Program-made: the position numbers and the translations under genes
The notes under the pieces: generated by a model
Told to the model about the DNA's origin: nothing
What the model saw: only the letters and a program-made list of their open reading frames with translations
Databases searched by the model: none
Virus record (IMG/VR): IMGVR_UViG_2695420809_000001
Strand: one strand, 5' to 3'
Origin: a virus
Lineage: Duplodnaviria; Heunggongvirae; Uroviricota; Caudoviricetes
DNA: 6,033 bases
In this document: positions 1 to 6,033 of the stretch, piece after piece
How the letters are laid out: each line of letters opens with the position of its first letter
Numbering within the stretch: the first letter of the stretch is position 1

Positions 1-1863
1 CAGTGCAGATGTGGCCTTCGCCAGCGCATCCGGATTATCACCGTACACGTCACGAAGGCGCTGCTCTTCCGACTCCCGCTGCGCCTGACGGTCGGTGAGT
101 CCGCGGGCTTTTGCGCTGATTGCCGCCTGCTTCGCACTCTGCTGCTGTTCAAACCGCGCAGCCTGCTGTGCCAGCTCATTCAGCCGTTTCTGGTGTTCAA
201 CTTTGTCTCCCAGCTCAGCCAGCTGGCGTTTGTACTCCAGCGTCTCTTTCTCATGGGTCAGCAGGGATTTTTCCTGCTCAGATAACTGCCGTTTCGTGGC
301 TGCCTCTTTCAGGACCGCATACTGATTTTCCGCTTTCCATAAATCGCGACGCTGCTGGCTGATTTTCTCATTCGCACCGCTGTGTTTTTCCAGCGTCCGG
401 AGCTCGGTTTCAAGCGCCAGCAGGGCAGCATGCGCCTGGTCTTCCTGACGCTCACCGGCTGACACTTTGACTCCTGACGACTTCGGCTTTTTCAGCGTCG
501 ATTCATAATCCTTTTTCGCCGCCGCCATCAGCGTGTTGTAATCCGCCTGCAGGATTTTCCCGTCTTTCAGGGCCTTATTCAGTTCTTCCTGACGGGCGGT
601 ATATTTCTCCAGCGGCGTCAGCAGACGCTCATACGCCTTCTGCGCCTCTCCGGTATACTTCAGCTGTGATGCGTCCCGTTCGGCCCGGTCCCTGGCGGCC
701 AGTTCACCGGCTTTTTCCATATCCGACTGCAGCGTGGCCGCTGCCAGCCCCAGACGGGCATTTTCCCGGTCATTCCATGCGCCCTGAAGGTTGGCCCGGA
801 AAGAGGCGGTTTTTCCCCGGCGCTGGCTCCGGCTCTGGTACCACTGCCATTTTTTATCCGCCTCATCAAATGCCTTCTGTGCACTGGCGAGCATATCCGC
901 TGAGGACTCAGGACGACCGATATCCAGAATGGCATCCCACATCGATTTGAATGCCTTCCCTGTTTTATCCGCCCAGGTCTCCAGTGTTCCCATGTTTTCT
1001 TTCAGGCGACGGGTCTGCTCATCAAAGCCTTTCGTGGCGATATCGTTCGCCGCCTGCAATGCCCCGGCCTCGTCTCCGGAACGCTGCAGCTGTGCAACAT
1101 ACGCAATCTGCTCTGCCGTCACGTTACGGAACTGGCGCGCCATCGCCATCAGTCCCGACGTCGGGTCGGTGGTCAGTTTTCCGAAAGCCTCTGCAACCTT
1201 GTCCACCTCCACACCGGATGCAGAAGCAAAACGCGCGACACTCTGGTTGATGGCATCAAACTGTTCACCACCACGCACACCGGCATTCACCAGGGCTGCC
1301 AGTGACTCACTCGCCTGGTTAAACGTCAGCCCTGCGGCCTGTCCGGCTCTGGAGAGCGTCAGCATGCGATCGGCAGTCAGTCCGGACTGATTACCGGAAA
1401 GAACCAGGGTTTTATTAAACGCTGAAAGCGTGGAATCCCCCTGGTACCAGGCGTACGCCAGCGCACCTGTCGCCACCGCCAGCGAGGTGACCCCGACCAT
1501 CGGCAGGGTGATCGCACCGGCAAGTCCCCTGAACATGGGGATCATCCCGCCGAAGGAGTCCTTCACCTGACCGCCCTGTTGCAGCAGGATCAGCCAGGGA
1601 TTCTGACCACCGGCAAGCTGCGTGGCGATATCCGTAAACTGTGCGGGCAGGGTTCGCATGGCCGCTTTATACTGCCCGACGGAAATCCCGGCTTTTTGTG
1701 CAGCCAGCGCCTGACGACTCAGGTTCTGCTCAACAACACCGGCGGTTTTTCTGGCGTCAGTCTCCAGTCCGGAAAAATGACGCCTTACCCGGCTCATCTG
1801 CTCATCGAAACGGACCGCATCCAGACTCAGGTCAATAACAAGATCACCAACCGGCTGGGACAT
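1..1863 (-). CDS. H: Tail tape measure protein (lambda gpH-like), N-terminal 621 codons; 3' end lies beyond the window start
   Basis: ATG at 1863-1861 preceded by GGAGGTG about 8 nt upstream. I translated the minus strand in 60-nt blocks from 1863 to 1 and found no stop. Product starts MSQPVGDLVIDLSLDAVRFDEQMSRVRRHFSG... and contains ...GGQNPWLILLQQGGQVKDSFGGMIPMFRGLAG..., closely matching my recollection of lambda gpH. Not in the ORF track because no stop falls inside the window. Position after G/T fits lambda gene order. Confidence 0.93.
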   Translation of the reverse strand, partial: MSQPVGDLVIDLSLDAVRFDEQMSRVRRHFSGLETDARKTAGVVEQNLSRQALAAQKAGISVGQYKAAMRTLPAQFTDIATQLAGGQNPWLILLQQGGQVKDSFGGMIPMFRGLAGAITLPMVGVTSLAVATGALAYAWYQGDSTLSAFNKTLVLSGNQSGLTADRMLTLSRAGQAAGLTFNQASESLAALVNAGVRGGEQFDAINQSVARFASASGVEVDKVAEAFGKLTTDPTSGLMAMARQFRNVTAEQIAYVAQLQRSGDEAGALQAANDIATKGFDEQTRRLKENMGTLETWADKTGKAFKSMWDAILDIGRPESSADMLASAQKAFDEADKKWQWYQSRSQRRGKTASFRANLQGAWNDRENARLGLAAATLQSDMEKAGELAARDRAERDASQLKYTGEAQKAYERLLTPLEKYTARQEELNKALKDGKILQADYNTLMAAAKKDYESTLKKPKSSGVKVSAGERQEDQAHAALLALETELRTLEKHSGANEKISQQRRDLWKAENQYAVLKEAATKRQLSEQEKSLLTHEKETLEYKRQLAELGDKVEHQKRLNELAQQAARFEQQQSAKQAAISAKARGLTDRQAQRESEEQRLRDVYGDNPDALAKATSAL

Positions 1864-2664
1864 ATCTCACACCTCCGGAAATCCCCGCTGAAGCCATCAT
1901 TAATGCGACATCATCCTCGCTGACATCCGCCACATCCGCAGACGATAAAATCTCACGCCCTCCGTCCCCACCAAACCGGACGCCTCCGGCAAGTCCTGCC
2001 GCTTTCTGCATCAGCATTTTTTCCTCATCCGGCATCTCCGTCTGCGCTTCCTCACGCCGGGGGGCAAGCAGACTGAAATCAGAGGGATGCATATCCGGAT
2101 CGCAAAAAAACAGGCTGAGTACGGCGTACGTCAGCCCGGAAAAATGCATATCCAGTTGGGTATCGAGAAAATAATGCGTACGGTAAAAATGTCGCCAGTC
2201 GGCATATTCGGTGGATGTCATCCCGGCAAGCATGGCGCGCCAGTCAGGCCTCCCCATCTCACGCGCCAGTCTGAGGGCAAAATTCAGCTCGCCGTCGAAG
2301 ACTTTCCCGCAGAAAAATCATCATCAGTCAGCGCGTTATAAGACAGACGCAACACCACATCTTCCGCCCGGGCAATGGCATCCGCAGGCCAGGTGGTGAG
2401 CACCTCCTGTTCGATCTGCATCACAGCCTCATTCATTGACGGTGATGCCGTTTTCTGCGGATGGTTATGCCACAGGGACATCGCCACCAGAAACGCGCCG
2501 GTTCTGACGAGATCTTCCACGCTTACCTGCAGGTTGCCGCTGGATTCTGCCTGTTCTGCACGCCGTTTCAGGAGGGCAAGATGCTCAATACGCTGCAGCG
2601 CAGACAATTCGGAAAGCGTGACGGACACACCGTTATATTCAAATTGTTCTGTTTTCAGAAACAT
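1844..2664 (-). CDS. GT: Tail assembly chaperone G-T fusion, made by programmed -1 ribosomal frameshift at GGGAAAG (2308-2302)
   Basis: The -1 frame is open from the slippery site to the stop at 1846-1844 and encodes ...VFDGELNFALRLAREMGRPDWRAMLAGMTSTEYADW..., which is T-like. Codon phase: G-frame codons have low coordinate = 1 mod 3, T-frame = 2 mod 3, as expected for a -1 slip on the minus strand. The 3' end of T overlaps the H start by about 20 nt. Confidence 0.88.
2284..2664 (-). CDS. G: Tail assembly chaperone G (lambda gpG-like), zero-frame product
   Basis: 126-aa ORF MFLKTEQFEYNGVSVTLSELSALQRIEHLALLKRRAEQAESS...AMSLWHNHPQKT...SAGKSSTAS, near-identical in the N-terminal two-thirds to lambda gpG as I recall it. 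ATG at 2664-2662 with GGAGGT upstream; stop TGA at 2286-2284. Confidence 0.94.
   Translation of the reverse strand: MFLKTEQFEYNGVSVTLSELSALQRIEHLALLKRRAEQAESSGNLQVSVEDLVRTGAFLVAMSLWHNHPQKTASPSMNEAVMQIEQEVLTTWPADAIARAEDVVLRLSYNALTDDDFSAGKSSTAS
2302..2308 (-). other. Slippery heptamer G_GGA_AAG for the G/G-T programmed -1 frameshift
   Basis: Plus strand 2302-2308 is ctttccc, so the minus strand reads GGGAAAG in the X_XXY_YYZ register of the G frame (codons GGA AAG = Gly-Lys of ...SAGKSSTAS*), six codons before the G stop. Same heptamer and position as in lambda G/T. Confidence 0.85.
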
Positions 2665-2677
2665 GTATTACCTCCGT

Positions 2678-3430
2678 TTACCCTGCAGCGCCCGCTTCAG
2701 TAACGGTGACTTCAGCCACTGCGGCGAACTGACCATTTCCGCTCACCACAGGGATCTGCACCTTACCTGTCGCCACGCCGTTTACCGTAATTGTCATATC
2801 TTTCACACTAATGGTGGCTTTCGACGGATCGGCGGAAACCGCTCTGAACGTCTTGTCGGTTGCACTTTCCGGCTCAAAAGAAACCGTCAGGGTGGTTGTT
2901 TTCCCTTTTGCCACCGTACCGGATGTCGGCGTCACCTTAATCGCAGTGACCGGCGTAATTTTGCTGCGTTCTTCCGCTACAGAAGGTTTGCCCACGTTGG
3001 TCACTTTCACCGTGCGGGTGATCACTTCTTTCGCCGTCACGGCCTTACCGATACTGCTGACCCAGCCACGAAACACATCCACCGTGCCGTTCGGAAAACG
3101 GATTTTATAGGCCCGCACATCCCCGCTTTCAAACCAGCCTATAAGCCCTTTCTGACCTTCTTCTCCCGGTTTCCAGGCCAGCGTAAAACTGGTATCTCCT
3201 GCAGACTTCTGCCCCTGCCCGGTCGCGGTCCAGTCCGCGTCTTCATCATCCAGGTAGTTATCATCGTAGGGTTCTGCCGTCATCTCGCCCGGCGTCAGAT
3301 CCTTCACCTTAGCCAGTCGCAGCCAGTCATCGTCTGACAACGGGTTTGCATAGGCGTCACCCTGACCGTTATAAACCCACAGGGTGGTACCGGCACCTTT
3401 TACCGGCTCAAGGGGATTTGGTGTTGACAT
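2678..3430 (-). CDS. V: Major tail tube protein (lambda gpV-like) with C-terminal Ig-like domain
   Basis: 250-aa [52 protein letters not shown]...[41 protein letters not shown]..., strongly matching lambda gpV from memory. ATG at 3430-3428 with GAGGA upstream; stop TAA at 2680-2678. 7-nt gap after U, 13-nt gap before G. Confidence 0.95.
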   Translation of the reverse strand: MSTPNPLEPVKGAGTTLWVYNGQGDAYANPLSDDDWLRLAKVKDLTPGEMTAEPYDDNYLDDEDADWTATGQGQKSAGDTSFTLAWKPGEEGQKGLIGWFESGDVRAYKIRFPNGTVDVFRGWVSSIGKAVTAKEVITRTVKVTNVGKPSVAEERSKITPVTAIKVTPTSGTVAKGKTTTLTVSFEPESATDKTFRAVSADPSKATISVKDMTITVNGVATGKVQIPVVSGNGQFAAVAEVTVTEAGAAG

Positions 3431-3437
3431 ATCGTCC

Positions 3438-3833
3438 TCACATCTCGTATGTAATGGAATAAGTCAGATCCGCAGAACTCCATAACGCCATATCGTCATC
3501 ACGACGATACTCATAGCCCTGCGTAACCATCGTCGTAATCAGGTCTGCCAGTGCCGGGATCGCAGTCATCGCCGGATAAATCCGGCTTTCCATCCACGAA
3601 TCCAGCTCCGAATCCGGTACCTGTGCTGGTAAAAACACCTCAATATGCAGTGTGGCCCGCCAGGTATCTGCATCCAGCTCTTCACCGGTATACTCTGCAT
3701 CCGTCAGATAAACCGCGACGGCCGGAAAATCCTCTTCGTCAAAAACAACGGGGCGACCATCAAACAGCGTCGCCCCGTGTTCATGCAGCTCCAGTGCATC
3801 CAGCACTGCCGCACGGATATCAGTATGTTTCAT
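3438..3833 (-). CDS. U: Tail terminator / tail-to-head joining protein (lambda gpU-like)
   Basis: 131-aa [90 protein letters not shown]...[10 protein letters not shown], same length as and very similar to lambda gpU. Start ATG 3833-3831 overlaps the Z stop TGA 3832-3830 (ATGA). Confidence 0.95.
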   Translation of the reverse strand: MKHTDIRAAVLDALELHEHGATLFDGRPVVFDEEDFPAVAVYLTDAEYTGEELDADTWRATLHIEVFLPAQVPDSELDSWMESRIYPAMTAIPALADLITTMVTQGYEYRRDDDMALWSSADLTYSITYEM

Positions 3834-4363
3834 CGTTTTATCGCAATCCTCAGTTGTTGTTTCAGCGCGTATGCCAGTTCTCCGGGCAGACGTTCACGCC
3901 GGATACGGTCAACATTCTCATCAAACGCCTGTTTCAGTGGGGCCGCCATCGGGATTTTCACCACATCAATGGGGTAACGGTTTTTCCCGGCCACACGCTG
4001 CATGACATGCCAGCGACCATTTTTTAATCGCTGAATAAATGCCCGCTGATAACGATGCTGACCGGCTTTGAGTATGCTGTCCGGACGACGCCCCGGCATC
4101 CTGATCCCCAGCTTAATCACCGGGAGATCACCGCGGTTAACGATAATTCTGGCATTCGGATTTCTGACCGTGGCCCGTTTCAGTCTGGACCGTTCCTTAA
4201 CCAGTTTCCGTCTCACCCTGGTTTCCCGGGCAACCTGTGATGAAGACTGATTAATCGCCGTTGTGGCCACGCGGTTAATGGTCATTGCAGAAGCCGCCGG
4301 AATGGCGTTTTTACGAACCCGGCTCAGATTATCAATCGCCTGCTCAAGCCCTTTTATCGCCAT
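3830..4363 (-). CDS. Z: Tail completion protein (lambda gpZ-like)
   Basis: 177-aa ORF MAIKGLEQAIDNLSRVRKNAIPAASAMTINRVATTAINQSSSQVARETRVRRKLVKERSRLKRAT...FIQRLKNGRWHVMQRVAGKNRYPIDVVKIPMA...RIRRERLP..., with N- and C-terminal thirds matching lambda gpZ. ATG at 4363-4361 with AGGGTGA upstream, 15 nt after the FII stop. Confidence 0.93.
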   Translation of the reverse strand: MAIKGLEQAIDNLSRVRKNAIPAASAMTINRVATTAINQSSSQVARETRVRRKLVKERSRLKRATVRNPNARIIVNRGDLPVIKLGIRMPGRRPDSILKAGQHRYQRAFIQRLKNGRWHVMQRVAGKNRYPIDVVKIPMAAPLKQAFDENVDRIRRERLPGELAYALKQQLRIAIKR

Positions 4364-4378
4364 AATTTCACCCTGCGT

Positions 4379-4732
4379 TTATCGTCGCCGGTTAACGGCG
4401 GGTGGTTGCCCACGGTTGAGCCAGAGATAACAGCTGCCCCCGTCATCCGGAGAAACACGATCCACCCAGAACGTCTCACCATTAATGGTCAGCGTGTCAC
4501 CACGCCGCACAGCACGAACCGTATCCGTCCGCACAAATAATGACGGGCTGCTTCCTTCAATACGGACCCCGCTACCGGCAAATCCCAGCGACTCCGGATC
4601 GTCAAAAACCCCCTGAACTTCTCCGCCACACTGTGCCCCCGAGGTGAACTGTGCACAGAGCCCCATCACTTCAACAATCGTACTGTCCACCCCGGCAAGG
4701 GCAGCATCAAAGGCATTCTGAAAATCACGCAT
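4379..4732 (-). CDS. FII: Head-tail joining protein (lambda gpFII-like)
   Basis: Start chosen at the third in-frame ATG (4732-4730), giving 117 aa: MRDFQNAFDAALAGVDSTIVEVMGLCAQFTSGAQCGGEVQGVFDDPESLGFAGSGVRIEGSSPSLFVRTDTVRAVRRGDTLTINGETFWVDRVSPDDGGSCYLWLNRGQPPAVNRRR. This matches lambda gpFII in length and sequence. The start overlaps the FI stop (ATGCGTGA, 4732-4725). Stop TAA at 4381-4379. Confidence 0.92.
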   Translation of the reverse strand: MRDFQNAFDAALAGVDSTIVEVMGLCAQFTSGAQCGGEVQGVFDDPESLGFAGSGVRIEGSSPSLFVRTDTVRAVRRGDTLTINGETFWVDRVSPDDGGSCYLWLNRGQPPAVNRRR

Positions 4733-5099
4733 AAACAGCCATTCCGCCATCAACGTGTGTTTTTGCATCTGAGGACATAATCAGAATCACCCGACCAACA
4801 TCCGCAATCTCAACGGATTCCCCTGTTTCACCATCAATGCCACAGAGATGGAGGCAGGTCAGAACTCTGATGCGCGTTAACGCACCGGATGTATCCTCAC
4901 GAACATCATGAGCCGCGGTTTCCCGCTCCCGGATCACCGTATCCCCAACCTGAACATCCTCGCCGGATGACTGTATTTCCTCTTCCCATTCCGCCACCCG
5001 CTGCGCTATCTCTGCGGCACTCCCGGATATATCCGGCTCACGCCCCAGAATCAGGGCCAGTTCATCAAGCCGTTTCAGATTTTGCTCTTTCGTTGCCAT
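4725..5099 (-). CDS. FI: DNA-packaging / head assembly protein FI-like
   Basis: Lies between E and FII, as FI does in lambda. 124 aa from the ATG at 5099-5097: MATKEQNLKRLDELALILGREPDISGSAAEIAQRVAEWEEEIQ..., an acidic helical N-terminal region resembling gpFI, though more weakly than the other genes match their lambda counterparts. This start is preferred over the track start at 5147 because it has a G-rich SD (AGGGGG) 6-10 nt upstream and the longer version would run through a terminator-like hairpin. Confidence 0.78.
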   Translation of the reverse strand: MATKEQNLKRLDELALILGREPDISGSAAEIAQRVAEWEEEIQSSGEDVQVGDTVIRERETAAHDVREDTSGALTRIRVLTCLHLCGIDGETGESVEIADVGRVILIMSSDAKTHVDGGMAVYA

Positions 5100-5113
5100 A
5101 TCAGCCCCCTGTG

Positions 5114-5142
5114 AAAAAAGACACGGGGGCATTTCGCCCCCG
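5114..5142 (-). terminator. Intrinsic-terminator-like hairpin with T-tract in the E-FI intergenic region (putative partial terminator or RNA stability element)
   Basis: Minus strand immediately after the E stop reads CGGGGGC-GAAAT-GCCCCCG followed by TGTC and TTTTTT. That is a 7-bp GC stem, a 5-nt loop, a short spacer and a T6 run. Function is not demonstrated. Confidence 0.35.
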
Positions 5143-5150
5143 CTCACGGA

Positions 5151-6033
5151 TTATTTCACCTGTACCACCACAAACTCATCCGGGTCCGGCAACACCATCA
5201 GCGGCGCGGACTGCGTCATGGTAAATTCACGGGCGGGATCCCCCACCGTCAGCCAGTGTTTCGGATAACGGGAAGAGGCCACCACACCTTCGGACAACGC
5301 CTGCGCATCCTGAATGGCACCGTAACAACGGATCCCATCTGCAGCAGTATTCCCCAGAACCAGCATGCCCTCCGGCAGATAACGTTTTTCGATACCGTCT
5401 TCTGCTATATAAGACGTTTTCGCCACCACAATGGCCAGATCGCCGTAATACCCCTTGAAGGACACCACTGCGCCCAGATCTTTCACTGCCGTTTCGAGTT
5501 GAGAATTTGAACCGCGACGGGTATCCAGTTTTTCGCGGAACAGCTTAAAACCATTCAGAAGACGCCAGACGGTACCGTCCATAATGGCAATATTCACAAG
5601 ACCGCTGGCCTGGTCGCAGTAGAGGTCAAGATCATGTGTAGGATCGAACGTGTCACGATCCTGTTTTGACCACTCCTTACCACTACCCTGAGTGATGTTA
5701 TTCTTCGTCGACCTGCCAAAATCGACCTCAATTTTCTCGAACTGGTCTCCTTCCATCGTATATTTGCCATACAACACAGCATTTACCGCCTGTATTTCTT
5801 CCACCTGGACAATCGCGTGCTCTTCCTGTTTGAGGTTATCGGTAATGATACGCAGACGGCGGTAAGCCGGATCGTTCAGTTGAGCCGGATCTTCACCAGG
5901 AAGGCGCTCAACCGCCTGCTGGTAATTAAATTCGTGTTTCGGCTTGACGTAGCCCGGACGTAACACGCGGGTTTCACCACCACGATGACGCAGCACTTTT
6001 CCTTCAACAACCGGGGAGACATAGGCCGCCACC
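5151..6033 (-). CDS. E: Major capsid protein (lambda gpE-like), C-terminal ~293 residues; 5' end lies beyond the window end
   Basis: Frame open from the window edge to TAA at 5153-5151. Product ...YVSPVVEGKVLRHRGGETRVLRPGYVKPKHEFNYQQAVERLPGEDPAQLNDPAYRRLRIITDNL...NNITQGSGKEWSKQDRDTFDPTHDL...GNTAADGIRCYGAIQDAQALSEGVVASSRYPKHWLTVGDPAREFTMTQSAPLMVLPDPDEFVVVQVK aligns along its length with lambda gpE as I recall it. The 'M' opening the track ORF is a GTG at the window edge, not a real start. Confidence 0.95.
   Translation of the reverse strand, partial: VAAYVSPVVEGKVLRHRGGETRVLRPGYVKPKHEFNYQQAVERLPGEDPAQLNDPAYRRLRIITDNLKQEEHAIVQVEEIQAVNAVLYGKYTMEGDQFEKIEVDFGRSTKNNITQGSGKEWSKQDRDTFDPTHDLDLYCDQASGLVNIAIMDGTVWRLLNGFKLFREKLDTRRGSNSQLETAVKDLGAVVSFKGYYGDLAIVVAKTSYIAEDGIEKRYLPEGMLVLGNTAADGIRCYGAIQDAQALSEGVVASSRYPKHWLTVGDPAREFTMTQSAPLMVLPDPDEFVVVQVK

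Noticed and set aside
660-935. 91-aa minus-strand ORF in an alternative frame inside H
   Set aside because: It is fully nested out of frame within the verified H reading frame, has no evident SD, and gives a Pro/Gly/Arg/Trp-rich product. Mentioned only as a possible footprint of frame changes in the divergent H block.
95-1923. Plus-strand ORFs across the first 1.9 kb (95..325, 120..362, 666..950, 791..1390, 951..1250, 1579..1923, 1641..1838)
   Set aside because: All are antisense to the H tape measure frame, which I verified as open and lambda-like for 621 codons. Their products are Ala/Ser/Pro/Arg-rich, typical of reverse-strand readthrough of a GC-rich gene.
2375-3337. 320-aa plus-strand ORF, the longest in the track, plus the nearby plus-strand ORFs 2087..2341, 2211..2399, 2461..2703 and 2811..3110
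   Set aside because: They lie entirely antisense to V and G, whose minus-strand frames have strong lambda homology, SD sequences and correct junctions. The 320-aa product is Cys/Arg/His-rich and low-complexity with no recognisable fold motifs. Long antisense ORFs are expected by chance in GC-rich, codon-biased coding sequence.
4733-4768. Longer FII starts at 4768 or 4750 (MQKHTLMAEWLF-MRDFQ...)
   Set aside because: The ATG at 4732 gives a 117-aa protein whose N-terminus (MRDFQNAFDAAL) aligns with the lambda gpFII N-terminus, and it sits in a coupled overlap with the FI stop. The extensions lie inside FI coding sequence.
5100-5147. Longer FI start at 5147 (MSGGEMPPCLFSQGAD-MATKEQ...) as given by the ORF track
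   Set aside because: The extension would be translated through the GC hairpin and T-tract directly after the E stop and has no SD, whereas the ATG at 5099 has AGGGGG at the correct spacing and gives a protein of FI-like length.
3551-5510. Plus-strand ORFs 3551..4027, 3645..3977, 4055..4240, 4068..4250, 4889..5224 and 5256..5510
   Set aside because: Antisense to U, Z, FI and E respectively, with no independent support.
5594-5782. 62-aa minus-strand ORF inside E in another frame
   Set aside because: Out-of-frame overlap with the strongly supported major capsid reading frame; short and without an SD.
1-6033. Possibility that the window hides a novel defence, toxin or other accessory system
   Set aside because: Every nucleotide apart from about 90 nt of short intergenic gaps is accounted for by lambda-homologous structural genes in canonical order on one strand. 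There is no unexplained ORF, repeat array or structured RNA large enough to be such a system.

Overview
The whole window is one tightly packed, minus-strand late structural operon of a lambda-like (lambdoid) siphovirus, most likely a prophage or phage of an enterobacterium. Gene order from high to low coordinate is E (major capsid, 5' end outside the window), FI, FII, Z, U, V, G, the G-T frameshift product, and H (tape measure, 3' end outside the window). Calls rest on direct six-frame reading plus recollection of phage lambda protein sequences and lambda gene order; no database search was run. I translated H codon by codon across 1..1863 and found the frame open, although it is absent from the ORF track (apparently because its stop lies outside the window). 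Proteins are clearly lambda-like but not identical, so this is a relative rather than lambda itself. Intergenic gaps are at most 51 nt and I see no inserted cargo gene, RNA gene, CRISPR array, transposon or defence system. I do not find evidence for a novel system here. The points worth a second look are the canonical GGGAAAG frameshift site, a possible alternative-hairpin element between E and FI, and two locally divergent blocks in H and Z. All plus-strand ORFs in the track are antisense to these genes and are judged spurious.
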